NCBI RefSeq assembly: GCF_964194155.1
Contig: NC_135901.1
Location: forward strand, 6,200,001-6,264,000
Source of the DNA: Cetorhinus maximus
Lineage: Eukaryota
Reading direction: 5' to 3'
Length of the DNA: 64,000 nucleotides
Part shown: piece after piece, positions 23,906 to 36,517 of the stretch
Position numbering within the stretch: the first letter of the stretch is position 1
Layout of the letters: the number at the start of each line of letters is the position of its first letter
The notes under the pieces: generated by a model
The model's database searches: none
Seen by the model: only the letters and a program-made list of their open reading frames with translations
What the model was told of the DNA's origin: nothing
Position numbers and translations under genes: made by a program

Positions 23906-25679
23906 TTCCGTTTCTATGCCCATCTAATCCTTCTGCCAATGACATTATATTTGTCTCCTGGTTGTTGAAGGACACCAACATTCCCCTTGGTGAGGTCAAT
24001 CTGTGGGCAATGGTGGGCAGGTAGCAAATGATCCATTCAGAGGGGTGTCTTCACTTGGTGTACCTTTCTCTTTGAAGGCCAAGTGACAGGTTCTGTCTCA
24101 GGCATTGCACCATGAAGCTGCCAAGTGACATTGGGGATTGTTGCCACTGGCCATTTGTGGCATAGCATGCCAACCTAAAAGAATTGACTTCCAGGTGCAA
24201 TTGTCGATGGTTAGGGCCTTCGTGTCATGGCTACAATTATCCCTGAACCATTGCTTTTGTTGTCCACTAGTAATTTGGGTCCATGTACCTTGCTACATGG
24301 AAGGTCCTTGGGAGTGTGGCCATCTTCCATTGTTATAACCACAGCCGGTGTTAATTGCTGAGCAAACCAAATCTCAGGGAAACTTGTCTTATGGACGATA
24401 CCCTTTGTTTTGTATTCTGAAAACAAGGCGATGTACCGATCTTAGTAAGAAGTCCAGTAATGCTTTTACTTTTATTTCTTAAAATCCCAAAAGTTTTATT
24501 AGCAACAATAAAAGGAAACGTAAACACACACGATTAGTTACACCATTAATGTTAGTTTTTAAAAAACATGCCCCAAAAAAAGGAAAATTCTACTTGGTCA
24601 ATCCTACATGTAAACACCTCCCAGGCAACACCTCCCGGGCAACAGTCCCTTTATAGATGGTTAACTATAAAATCCAGTAATATTACACAAGGTGAAGTGT
24701 TGTAGCTTTAATAAAGGCATAGCACATGACCTCTAACCTCTTCCACTCTACGTTGGAATCCACTTCAGAATAAAACTGCTTGTTGCAGCCCAGGACTTAC
24801 TAATGGCCGGTTCAAATGGCAAGCTCTCCGGGCCCAGAGCTCCAGCTATCTCTAATCCTAAACTCTTTCCCCTTCCATCCCAGTTCCACTGTTCTCACAC
24901 CTTTGAAACTCAAATCCTTCCACATATAAAATCTTTTTCTGTTTCTGTCTTGTCTTTGCTTTTTGGGTCAATAAAATATCGTCACCCCACTACTCTACCT
25001 ATGGAACTCCCTGCGAAATGTAAAGATGTTTTTTGGTACCTCTGACTCCCCTTTGATATTCAAACAAACTCTCAACTTCTCTAAAAATGCAAATTTTAGA
25101 TCTAACCTAGTTACTTGTACCTCAAGCTTAACACCCCTATCCTTTACATCTTTCAAAACCTCAAGACAACCTGACTCCAATTAATCTCCTGCACGCGCAC
25201 GTATCAACACAATTAGGCAGTCCTCTCAAATACAGAGCTCCTTGAGGAAATGGGTACTTCATATCCACTCTGCATCATGGCCCTCTCCATTATAGATAAA
25301 ATGCCTAACTTTGTACACCACTTACATTCTATTCCTTGGTCTCCTCTGTTCCAAAGAAAGCGAAATTAGCAACATTTCCTTCGGGGAAGCCCCTTTGGCA
25401 GGGCCAGATTTAAGGTGAGATCGCAGCCAATAAATTGTGTTCCGTTTTAGAAGGGAAGCCTGCGAGTTTGAAGTGGGCCTGGAGGATTCTGACGACTAAA
25501 CCTCAAATTTTTGCATATTGGCGAGCAAAGAATATCATTACCAAGTTGATGAGTCCCTCTGGGTCGCGTCTATGCTAGCAGAATGATTTAATATGCTACA
25601 GCATCAGCACATTTGGCATCTTGACTTCCCAAAGTATGGTGTGTTTGGGGGGAAAAAATCTGAAAAATGAGTCTCCAAT

Positions 25680-26230
25680 GTCCAACCACCTCTATGCAGA
25701 ATCCCTCAAAAGCATAATTATGTGTAATCATTCCTGCCGTTTATTTTTTAAACTAGAAAAGCCATCCAACACCAGCTTCCTCTTCCCAAGCCAATATGCC
25801 CAGTGGTGAGGCGCAAATCACTCCAAACCCACTCTGGTGCGCAGGACAGTTCTTTCATATGCCTGATACCAGACTCTGGAAGCAACTGCTGTACTCAGAA
25901 CTCAGTGGAGGCAGGAGACGCTTCAGTGACGCTTCTCCTCACCGCCCCCCTCCCCCGCATCCCCCGCCCCAAGTAACACCGACTCATGGGAGTCCCTGGC
26001 TTGTGACCGACCAAAATGGATGGAGGAGTTTCTTTTGTGAAGGTGAAGCCCAGGCGTCCGAAAGAGCGCGCAAACCCGCAGAGGAGCCATCTGCCCCACC
26101 CTTCAAGCTCCAGCTGCCGCTGCATGTGGAACAGTCTGAGATCGTACGCTGGGCTTCTCAGCCACCATAGAACCCACTGGACTGGAGTGGAAGTAAGTCA
26201 TTCTCGACCCTGAAGGGCTGCCCAAGTAGG
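25680..26230 (+). mobile_element. RTE-type LINE 3' remnant
   Basis: LWCAGQFFHMPDTRLWKQLLYSELSGGRR resembles the RTE C-terminal motif (RWAGHV.RMPD.RLPKQLLYGEL). Confidence 0.65.
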
Positions 26231-27019
26231 AGATGTTAAATCACTGCACAAATAATCACCTTTCAAAATATTAAACAGGAATTTTATCCAAATAAACTTA
26301 TTAAAATGTTCCCCTCCAGCATTTCATTTAAATAGTTTTGAAAAGTAATGCACACACTGATAAGGGTTGAAACTCTTTCGAGTCTGATAAGGGTTGAACC
26401 AGAACATTCAGTGACTCGTCTATCTCAGTGCCATTATATTCCAGCTACCAAGGAGCCTTTGATATATATTTAGACAGTGAAAATACAGCTGTAAGTGTAT
26501 GGATATTGAGTCTTAAACTCAAAGTGCTGGAAGAGGTTGAGACCTTTTGAATGGAAACTCCGATGGGGAATTCGGGAGAAACTTCATTTCCCAGCGAGTG
26601 GTGAGAATGTGGAAATCGCTACCACAGGGAGGGGTTGAGGTGGATAGCATAGATATGTTTAAAGGGAAGTTGGAGCGACATTAGAGAGAAAGGAACAGAA
26701 GGATGTGGTAAGGGGGTGGGAGAAGGCTCATGTGGATCAGAAATACTGGCATGCAGCAGATGGGCCGAATGGTCTGTTTCTGTGCTGCTGTCGTGTAGAA
26801 AAGTCGGCCCTTTCAAATAAAAACCCTATGGATAAATTTAATCATGTGAAATGCGTAATTTTTTTAAAGCCTCAATTTGTATGCTAGAAGTTTTAATGAG
26901 TTGAAAAAGCAAATGGAAATTTGTGTAGAAAGTTTTTGGATATATGTAGGAAAAGAGACTTTAACATTTTGTTCAATAGTAGGGTATAAGGCCACAGATG
27001 ATGGTCAATGAGCCATTAC

Positions 27020-27810
27020 CACTTAGAAGGGAGGCCATTTGGCCCATTGGGTCCATGCTGGTCCTCTGTAGAGCAATCCAGTCAGTCCCATTCCCTCCAC
27101 TCTATCCCCGTACCCCTGCAAGTTTATTTCCATCAGGTTTACACCCAATTTCCTTTTGAAATCATTCATCATCTCTGCTTCCACCACCCTCGTGGGCAGC
27201 GAGTTCATTACCACTCGCTATGTAAAAAAGTTCTTCCTCACATCTCCCTCGCATCCCCTGTGCAAAACCTCAAATCTGTGTCTCCTGTACCTCGCTAATG
27301 GGAACAGCTTTACTTTGTCTACTTTATCTAAACCTGCCCTAATCTTATTCACCTCTAACAGTGGAGATGTTAACATTTTCCCCCATAGGAAATATTGACA
27401 TGATTGGAACATTAGAACATAAGAAATAGGAACAGGAGTTGACCGTTCAGCCCCTCGAGCCTGCTCCGCCATTCAATAAGATCATGACTGATCCTCTTGT
27501 GTTTCGATTTCCACATCCCCATCTAACCCCGGCAACCTTTGATTCCCTTGCCTCACAAGAATCTGTCCACCTCCTCCTTAAAAATATTCAATTACTCCGG
27601 CTCCACCATCTTCTGAGGAAGAGAATTCGAAAGTCGCACTACCCTCTGAGAGAGAAAAAATTCTCCTCATCTCTGTCCTAAAAGGGCGACCTCTAATTTT
27701 AAAACAGTGCCCCCTAGTTCTGGACTCACCCATAAGAGGAAACATCCTTTCGACATTCACCTTGTCAAGGCCGTTCGGGATCTTCTATACACTTCAATCA
27801 AATCACCCTG
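27020..27810 (-). mobile_element. Two CR1 3' fragments
   Basis: NVERMFPLMGESRTRGHCFKIRGRPFRTEMRR; tails AGAACATAAGAAATAGGA. Confidence 0.8.
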
Positions 27811-27839
27811 ATTTTTGAATACAAAGCCTGACTGTATAC

Positions 27840-28215
27840 CCAGCATGGCTTGTTGGCTAGCAGCCTGGCCGCAGGGTCAGAGGTTGTGGATTCAAGGCCC
27901 AGTCCAGTGACTCGAGCCAACAAGCAGAGCTGACACTCCTGATGCAGTACTGAGGGAATGTTGAACTGTCGCATGAGGCTTTCAACTGAGGGCCCCCCAT
28001 CTGCCCTCTCGGGTGGATGTAAAGGATCGCAAGGGTACTATTCCGAAGAAGTGCAGGGGAATTCTCCTTACTGTGCCATGAGCATTTATCTCTTATTCAA
28101 TGACATTCAAAAAAGCAAGCAATCGCGTTGGTAACCCTACAATGCCACAGTGCTTACACTTCAAAAGTACTTCAATGACTTGTAAAGCACTTTGGCATGT
28201 CATGAAAGGTGCTTT
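27840..28215 (+). mobile_element. Deu-domain SINE (SacSINE1-like)
   Basis: GCAGTACTGAGGGA..ACTGAGGGCCCC..TCTGCCCTCTCGGGTGGATGTAAAGGATC..ACTATTCCGAAGAAG..CAGGGG core. Confidence 0.7.
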
Positions 28216-28744
28216 ATAAAGGCATCATATCTACCAAATTGTTTAGAATAGATGAGTTGTTTATTGCTGAGGAGACATGCTGCGAATATTTTTGTCTTGC
28301 ACTTAGCAGATTGGTCAAGGTGTTACTTTGGACAATGCACCAAGGGAACTGTTTCGCCCCCAGGCTTTTGTTTAATTCAAAAAAAGGCGCAATGCCTGGA
28401 CATGTTCCTTTTGCCTACAGAGGACAGGTTCCTGTTTCAGAATATATGTTGCTTCTGCTAAATCTTCTTGATCGGAACTCGTGTCCCCTGAGCGTTAGCC
28501 TGGACCGCTGGATTACTAGCCCAGTGACAGTACCACTACACCGTCATCTCCCCTGAAACTCTTTGGGCTACATTTAAGTTTTTAGTGGGTGGTTGCACTT
28601 CAAGAAAGTTTAGTGACTCTTGATGGCCTGTGTTGACAACTCTTGTTTGGACATGGAGGTAATTATTTGGCCTTGATCAACCATTCTGGCGTTGACCGAT
28701 GATTAACTTGCCTTCGATATTTCCTCCCAATTTTTCAGCAATTA

Positions 28745-29005
28745 GATGAGGTTATGTTCTTTTTTAGCCATCTTAATGCCTTTTAAGGAAATATGTCCTC
28801 TTTTTCAATCCTCTTAATGCTTCTTAAGAAGATATTTTCCCTTTTTCCGTATCTTAATGCTTTTTAAAGAAGATATTTTCCTTTGTTCAATTATCTTAAT
28901 GCCTTTTGAGAAATGCTCTCTTTTTCAGTCATCTTAATGCCTTATAATATGCCGCCTCCATGCATTTGAGGAGATATTTGATCATCTTAATGCCTTTTAA
29001 GAAGC
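28745..29005. repeat. Degenerate ~39-bp AT-rich minisatellite, left part
   Basis: TCATCTTAATGCCTTTTAAGAAGATAT.. repeated ~7 times. Confidence 0.8.
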
Positions 29006-30465
29006 TTTTCAAAATTCTCCAGATTTTGGGAAGGTTCCATTAGATAGGCATATAGCAAATGTGATTCCTTTATTCAAGAAGGGAGGGAGACAGGAAACAG
29101 GAAACTACAGGCTCGTTAGCTTAACATCTGTCATAGGGAAAATGTTAGAAGCTATTATTAAAGATGTTATAGCAAGGCATTTAGAAAAACTCAAAGCAAT
29201 CAGGCAGAGTCAACATGGTGTTTTGAAAGGGGAATCATGTTTAACCAATTTATTGGCGTTCTTTGAAGGAGCCACATGTGCTATGGATAAAGGGGAACCA
29301 GTAGATGTACTGTACTTAGATTTTCAGATGGCATTTGATAAAGTGCCACACAAACGGTATTGTGGAAAATAAAAGCTCATAGGTGTAGGGATGTATTGGC
29401 ATGGATAGAAGATTGGCTGGCTAACAGGAAACAGAGGGTAGCCATAAATGGATCTTTCTCTGGTTGGCAGGATGTGACGAGTGGTGTACCGCAAGGATCA
29501 ATGCTGGGACCTCAACTATTTACAATTTATGTAAATGACTTGGATGAAGGGGCAGATGGTTTGGTGGCTATATTTGCTGCCGACACAAAGATAGGTAGGA
29601 AAGTAAGCTGTGAAGAGGACATAAAGAGGTAGACATAGATAGGTTAAGTGAGTGGACAAAGACCAGGCAAATGGAGTACAATGTGGGCAAATGTGAAATT
29701 GTCCATTTTGGCAGGAAGAATAAAAAAGAAGCATATTATCTAAATGGTGAGAGATTGAAGAGATCTAAGATTCTGGATGATCTGGGTGTCCTAGTGCATG
29801 AATCACAAAAGGTTAGTATGCAGTAATTAGGAAAGCTAATAGAATGTAATAGTTTATGCGAGGTGAATTGAATACAAAAGTAGGGAGGTTATGCTTCAGT
29901 TGTACAAGGCACTGGTGAGACCACACCTGGAGAACTGTGTACAGTATTGGTCACCTTATTTAGGGAAGGTTGTAAGTGCGTTGGAAGCAGCTCAGTGAAG
30001 GTTTACTAGACTAATACCAGGAATGGGTGGGTGTCTTATGAGGAAACATTGGATAGGTTAGGTTTGTATCCGCTGGAGTTTAGAAGAGTAATAGGTGACT
30101 TGATCGAAACATTTATGATCCTGAGGGGTGAGTGGATGTGGAGAGGCTGTTTTCTCTTGTGGGAGAATCTAGACTAGGGGTCACTATTTAAAAATAAGGG
30201 GTCACTCATTTAAGACAGAGATGAGGAGAAAATTTTTCTCTCGGAGGGTGGTGGGTCATGAAACTCTCTTACTTGAAAGGGGGAGGAAGCAAGGTCTTTT
30301 AATCTTTTTAAGGCAGAGCTACATAGATTCTTGATTGACAAGGGGGTGACAGGTTATCAGGGGTAGGAGGAGGTTGCAATCAGATCAGCCATGATTTTAT
30401 TGAATGGCGGAGCAGACTCGAAGGGTCTTTTGGCCTACTCCTTCTCCTAGTTCATATGTTTGTTT
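29006..30465 (+). mobile_element. CR1 LINE (RT domain to 3' end), degenerate
   Basis: PLFKKGGRQETGNYRLVSLTS..QSQHG..SCLTNLL..VLYLDFQMAFDKVPH; SGVPQGSMLGPQLFTIYVNDL; FAADTK. Confidence 0.92.
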
Positions 30466-30810
30466 ATGTCCTCATTTTGGTTATCTTAATGCATTTAAGA
30501 AGTTATGTTCTCTTTTTCAGTCATCTTAATGCCTTCTGAGAAGACATGTTCTGTATCTTAATGCATTTTAGAACATTTGTCCTCTTTTCCAGTCATTTGG
30601 GAAGATGTGTTCTATTTATCAATCATCTTAATGCCGTTTGAGAAAATATGTCCTTTTTAGTCATCTCATGGCCTTTTAAGAAGATGTGCTCTCCTTTTGC
30701 GAATGCCTTTTAAGATGTTCTCTTTTTCAGTCATCTTAATGTCTTCATCTTCATGTCTTTTGAGAAGATAGGTCCCCATATCCTTCAACATGTTAATGCC
30801 TTTTTGCGAC
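30466..30810. repeat. Same ~39-bp AT-rich minisatellite, right part
   Basis: TCATCTTAATGC(C)TT(T)TAAGAAG..TGTTCTCTTTTTCAG units resume after the CR1. Confidence 0.8.
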
Positions 30811-30859
30811 GCATTTTTGGGGAAAGGGGCTTGTAATGGCTGGAGGGGCCGAATAACCA

Positions 30860-31090
30860 CCCCAACCACGTGGTCCTCATTTTGAATTCCGACCGTTGGC
30901 GGGAAAGCTCGAGCCGCCCGCCGCCCGCCGCCCGCGCGGGGTCTGGAGGTGGTGGGGAGCTGATTGGACGGCGGGCCGCCGCCGCGCGATGGGCGATGCA
31001 GAAGCGCCCGCCGTGATTGGACGCGGGGGCGTGGCGATGGCTGTCCCTGCCCCCTCCCTGCGGCCGCCCCGATATTTAAGCCGTTGGATG
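30860..31090. promoter_or_regulatory. CpG-island promoter-like element with cell-cycle-type motifs
   Basis: TTTGAA (CHR-like, ~30880), TTGGCGGGAAA (E2F, 30896), two TGATTGG CCAAT boxes (30961, ~31014), GC boxes, and TATTTAA (~31073). Confidence 0.6.
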
Positions 31091-31849
31091 GAGGGGGAAG
31101 CGACACCATTTGAGGATGTGAGGTGGAGGGGCTGGTCATGGAATAAAGTAGAAATAAAACATTATAAGAGGGAACACTGTTTTTGAAATAAGGTTACTCT
31201 AAACAGGAGAGGCTCCCCTTTGTTTTAAAAAGTGAAATAAAAGGCAGCCAGGACCTCATTGGGATGCCAGTTTAGGCAGGGTCAAAGGTCGCCCAAACAT
31301 TGGCCAACTAATGTGGCTCTGACTGCATGTCAGAACTGTTGGACTTAAATGAAAAGTTTCCCTCTTAAGAGGGAAGATAGGCTTTAAGAGATAGGAGAGG
31401 TTGCGACATAGTCCTAGAGCAAGTCAGTGAAGCGTATCAGGTTGGAGGTAGGCAAGTGACCAGTGGCAGGCTGAAGAGTTGAAATAAGGCAGTAAAGGGT
31501 CTCAGAGCACCAAAGGTCCAGGTAAGACGAAATGGCAGGAATTACGTGCACACACACACCATCATTATCATCATCACACCATCATCATTGCATGTGGGCA
31601 AAAGGGAGAACGGCGCCAATTTCACTTGGGATTCGCCGAGTGCCCCTCGCTCAAACGGAGCCAGGGCGACGCCCCGGAGCGAATTGCTTTGGCGTTGCAC
31701 CCTTCAGCCACCTTGCCGAGCCCTGGCCAATGTTGACGCGTGGGAGGATTTGGGTGCCCCACACCCGAAACGCTGCAAGCTGCCCCGCTGGCGGCAGCAA
31801 GCAATAAAGGGCGGCGAATGGCATGTCGGCTCTCCCCTTGCGAGGGAGG

Positions 31850-32525
31850 TGCTGTTTTAAGAGTAAGGAAGTTTTGCCCCCATTATACAAGGCCTTGGCG
31901 AGACCACGCCTGGAGCACATGTGCACAAGTTTCAGTCTCCTTAGCTAAGGAGACTTGCCTTTGGTGGGGATGCAGTGAGGGTTCAAGAGACTGATCCCTG
32001 GGATGCTGGCATGGGGGTGAAGCGCAGAATGGCCTCCTTACTCATTCCGTGAATCCCTACGAGAGGGCGGACCTACGAGGTGAGATTGAAGTAGGGGAGC
32101 CTGTTACCGCTGGAGTTTGGAAGAATGGGAGGTGATCTGATTGAAACTTTGAACATTCTTCGAGGGTTTGACGGGGTCGGTGCCGACAGACTATTTCCCT
32201 CCTGCGGCTGTAAAGTCTAGAATGGGGGGCGGCGGGAGCGTCACATTCTCAGGGTGAGGGGTCGTCGATTTTGGACTGAGATGAGGGGAAATTCCTTCAC
32301 TCGGAGGGTTGTGAATCTTTGGAATTCTAACCCCCCCCCACCCCTCCCCGAGAGCTGTGGATGCTCCGTCACTAAGTCTATTCAAGTCTGAGACTGATAG
32401 GATTTTGGGCGCGAAGGGATAGGGCAGGAAGGTGGAGTCGAGGCAGAAGATCAGCCGCCATCCTAATGAATGGGGAATGGGGGAGGGGGGCAGGCCCGAG
32501 GAGCTGAATGGCCTCTCCCTGTGCT
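31850..32525 (+). mobile_element. CR1 3' fragment (GC-rich, degenerate)
   Basis: YKALARPRLE; CTGGAGTTTGGAAGAATG.GAGGTGATCTGATTGAAAC; CR1 tail. Confidence 0.7.
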
Positions 32526-33250
32526 GCCGAATGGCCTGTTTCTGTGCCCTATATCCTGTGTGGTTTCCGACAAGTGCCCCAGTTCCTTCTGCTAACACCC
32601 CTCATGCGAAAAACCGACAGATTTGTAATAGCAGGCAGACCTTTAAACAGTGAATAAAAACGGGGCTCATGAAATAATTCATTATTTAGGAAGTAAATAG
32701 GAAGGGAATCCCCCGTTTAAAAATCGTACCATTGTAACTTATATTGACTTTCATCATTCTCTCAACCAAAATACAGCCGCTGACTCCCTCCCAAACCGGA
32801 GCTCAAATTCAGTGGTATTGTGGTCACCCTTTGCAATGCAGTCATTGACTGTTGGATGATTAACAAACCCGCCCCCCCCCCCCCCCCCCCCCCACGCCCC
32901 GGTTGTCCCTCCTCTCTAACTCTCGCCTGGCCTGTTCCCGAGCCAGTTTGAAAATATACTGTTCTAGAAAAACTGTCCTGGCTGTGTTCTAGAAATTTGA
33001 GACCGCGAGTAGAGTGCTGGTGTAGTGTTGTGGGTTTAAACTGCCCACCCGTGTATGTGACGGTGATGAGGAAAGCTCGCAGGTGGCTCCTGAATTATTT
33101 CATGAGCCCCATTTTTATTCACTACTGTTTAAATCTCTGCCTACTCTTACAAATGTGTTGGCTTTTGGCATGAAGGATGTTAGCAGAAGGAACTGAGACA
33201 CTGATCGGAAACTACACAGGATTATACAGCACAGAAACAGACCAGTCGGC
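32526..33250. repeat. Inverted repeat: ~155-bp arms at 32526-32681 and 33091-33250 with a ~410-bp spacer
   Basis: CAGTTCCTTCTGCTAACA..GGGGCTCATGAAATAATTCA versus TGAATTATTTCATGAGCCCC..TGTTAGCAGAAGGAACTG. Confidence 0.85.
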
Positions 33251-34150
33251 CCAACCAGCCCATGCTGCTGTTTATGCTCGACTCGAACCTCCTCCGATAT
33301 TCCTCATCCAAATCTTTCATTGTAACCCCTCTATTCCTTTCTCCCTCATGTGTTCATCCAGCTTCCCCCTTAAATACATCTACACTATTCACCTCAACCA
33401 CTCCCTGTGGGAATGAGTTCCACATTCTCTCCCACTCTCTGGGTAAAGGAGTTTCTCCTGAATTTCCCATTGGATTTCTTGGTGACTGTCTTATATTGAC
33501 AGCCTCTGGTTCTGCACTTCCCCACAAGAGGAAACGTTCTCTCTGTATCCACTCTTATCGAAACCTTTCATCATTTTAAAGACTTCTACTAGGTCACCCC
33601 TCAGCCTTCCAATTTTTCCAAAAGAGACCCAGCCTGCCAACCCCTGCCTGATATATATACCCACGCATTTCTGTGATCACCCTTGTAAATCTTCCCTGCG
33701 CCCTCTCCAGTGCCCCTGTATCCTTTTTATAATATGGTGAACAGTTCTGCACACAGTACCGTAAGTCTGGTCTAATCTCGGTTTGGTGCTGGTTCAGCAG
33801 AACTTCCCTACTTTTCAATTCTAGCCCTCTAGAGATAAAGCCTGGTGTTTGTTTGCTTATTTCTACGGCCTCGCTAACCTGTGGCACGGTTTTCAATGAT
33901 TGACGTATTCGTAACCGAGACCCCTTTGTTCCTCTACTACACCTAGACTACCATCTTCCAAGTAATTCGTGACCTCTCTGTTCTTCCCACTGAAATGAAT
34001 TACCTCACATTTATCTGTGCTGAACTTTATTTGCCAATTATTTTCCCATCCTGCAAGTTTGTTGCTGTCCTCCTGTAATTTGTTGCAGCCCTCCTCACTC
34101 TTTCCCCCAGCACCCCCTGCCAATTTGGCGTCAGAGGCAAATTTAGAGAA
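33225..34150 (-). mobile_element. CR1 LINE fragment
   Basis: CNKLQEDSNKLAGWENNWQIKFSTDKCEVIHF; GFISRGLELKSREVLL. Confidence 0.85.
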
Positions 34151-34314
34151 TGCATTGTGAAACTATTCCGATACTCCCGAGACTGATACAGTGCCGGATA
34201 TAGCAGAATATATATATTTCTGCTATTCCCTAAGACCTGCCCCAGTTTCAGTAGTATAATGCAGTCTTCCCTAGTTGAATATCTGATGAGAGATTGATCG
34301 CCTCCAAGCTTTTA

Positions 34315-34697
34315 TTCTCATTCACGGGACTTGGGCACCGCTGGCAAAGTTAGGATTGAATGCCCTTCCCTAAATTGCTCCTTGAGAAAGTGGTGGCGAG
34401 CTGCTGCCTTGAGTATAACTGAGAGGCTTGCTAGGCCATTTCAGAGGGCAGTTAGGAGTCAACCATATTGTTGGGGCCTGGAGTCACACGTGGGCCAGAC
34501 CAGGTAAGGTTGGCAGATTTCCTTCCCTAAAGGACATTAGTGACCCAGATGGGTTTTTACAACAATCAGATAGTCTCATGGTCACTGTCACTGAGACTAG
34601 CTTTCAATTCCAGATTTATTTAATGAACTGAATTTAAATTCCCTCATGCCATGTAAAGATCCAAACACACATCCAGGCCTCTGGATTGCTAGCCTAA
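34315..34697 (-). mobile_element. tRNA-derived SINE truncated by the assembly gap
   Basis: Family core GGCCAGACCAGGTAAGG..AGATTTCCTTCCCTAAAGGACATTAGTGA. Confidence 0.7.
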
Positions 34698-34897
34698 NNN
34701 NNNNNNNNNNNNNNNNNNNNNNNNNNNNNNNNNNNNNNNNNNNNNNNNNNNNNNNNNNNNNNNNNNNNNNNNNNNNNNNNNNNNNNNNNNNNNNNNNNNN
34801 NNNNNNNNNNNNNNNNNNNNNNNNNNNNNNNNNNNNNNNNNNNNNNNNNNNNNNNNNNNNNNNNNNNNNNNNNNNNNNNNNNNNNNNNNNNNNNNNN
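34698..34897. other. Assembly gap (200 N)
   Basis: Run of N. Confidence 1.
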
Positions 34898-35064
34898 TAC
34901 TGACTTGCACATTTTTCATAGAGGCAGCTTCATTATGAAATCAAATTGAACAAATTAGTTTCATCATGAAACAAAATAGTGAAACATTTTACAGGCACAT
35001 CAATAAAAGTTTTATCAATCAGCATTGATATTGGTGAAGCTTTGAAATCACTGATATCAATCAT

Positions 35065-35505
35065 TTACCAGACCGATTCCTGGGATGGCAGGATTGTCAT
35101 ATAATGAGAGATTGGGTCGACTTGGCCTGTATTCACTGGAGTTTGGAAGAATGAGAGGGGACCTCATTGAAACATATAAAACTCTGGACAGACTGGATGC
35201 AGGGATAATGTTTCCTCTGACTGGGAGGTCGAGAACAAGGGGTCACAATCTCAGGATAAGGGGTCGGTTATTTAGGACTGAGATGAGGACAAACTTCTTT
35301 ACTCAGAGGTTGGTGAACCTGTGGAATTCTCTACCACAGAAGCTTGTGGAGGTCAAGTCGCTGAATATATTTAAGGCATTAAGGGGTGTGGGGAGAGAGC
35401 AGGTGTATGGTGTTGAGATAGAGGATCAGCCATGGTCATATTGAATGGCAGAGCAGATTTGAAGGGTAGAATGATCTACTCCTTCTATTTGCTATGTTTC
35501 TATTT
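35065..35505 (+). mobile_element. CR1 3' fragment
   Basis: GLSYNERLGRLGLYSLEFGRMRGDLIETYK..NFFTQRLVNLWNSLP. Confidence 0.88.
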
Positions 35506-35519
35506 CTGATACAGCAGCA

Positions 35520-36460
35520 GCAACATTTGGTAAAGGTGGAACCCACAACAAAGACTGGTTTGAGACCTACTCAGCAGAGATGACATCTGTCATTGAAGCA
35601 AAAAGCAAAGCCTACCTGATACACAACATAAACCCAACAGCTTGAACGCAGCGTAACTTAAAATTATCCAAGACAGTTGTGCAAAAGACAGGGAGATACT
35701 GTGCAAATAAACACTGCAACAGCCGACACCAAGAAATCCAAACTGACTGTGACAAAGGAAATGTATGTGCTGTGTATGATCGGATCAAGAGGGCGCTTGG
35801 TCCAACCCATTTGAAATTGGCAGATGATGTACTCATTGACAGAAGTAAACAGATGTCCCGCTGGGTTGAACATTACTGTGAGCTGTACTCCCGTGAGACA
35901 GACATCTCCCAGTCTCTGTTTGACTCACTTCTGCAGCTTCCTGTCATGGTTGAGTTGGACCAGAAACCTCCTTCATTTGAGCTGGAAAAGTCCATTGATT
36001 GCATAGCAAGCAGAAAGGCTCCCAGCAAGGAAGTAATTCCAGGTGAACTGTTCAAGCACAGGAATTCCCATCTCCTGTCACACCTTCATGACCTCCTCCT
36101 CTGGAAGGTCATCAGCATTCCCTCATTTTGAGGATAATGCCTACTCAGGGTCACGAGTTTCTGCCATGGGTCATCATGTGACTGAACAGGCTGATTCTTA
36201 ACCCACAGATTGTTGGGCACATGGGGCGGATGTTCTACGAGGTAGTGAGATCCAGAGTGCAGGATTGCTTCCTTTTTTTCTCCCTTTCTGCCACTGCTCT
36301 GCCTCTTCATTAAGCTGTTGGGACTCAGAGCGTGAGGCAGCTGGATGGATAAGTTGTTGCCATTCTGAACAATTGGTAACAAACTCCTCCCAGTCACGAA
36401 GGCCAAAGTCACTGTGCTTCAAGGAGACATTCAGAGTGTCTTTGAAGCATTTTCTTTGTA
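35520..36460. mobile_element. RTE-type LINE remnants (+ internal ORF piece 35520-36120; - 3' end 36130-36460)
   Basis: QMSRWVEHYCELYS..LDQKPPSFELEKSIDCIASRKAP..IPGELFK on +; KDTLNVSLKH..DWEEFVTNCSEWQQLIH on -. Confidence 0.65.
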
Positions 36461-36517
36461 CTCCCCTAGAATGTCAGGCATTTGAGAGTTGAGATAAGAG
36501 AACTGTCATCACCAATC

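Noticed and set aside
34646-34919. ORFs of X residues
   Set aside because: Artefact of the N gap.
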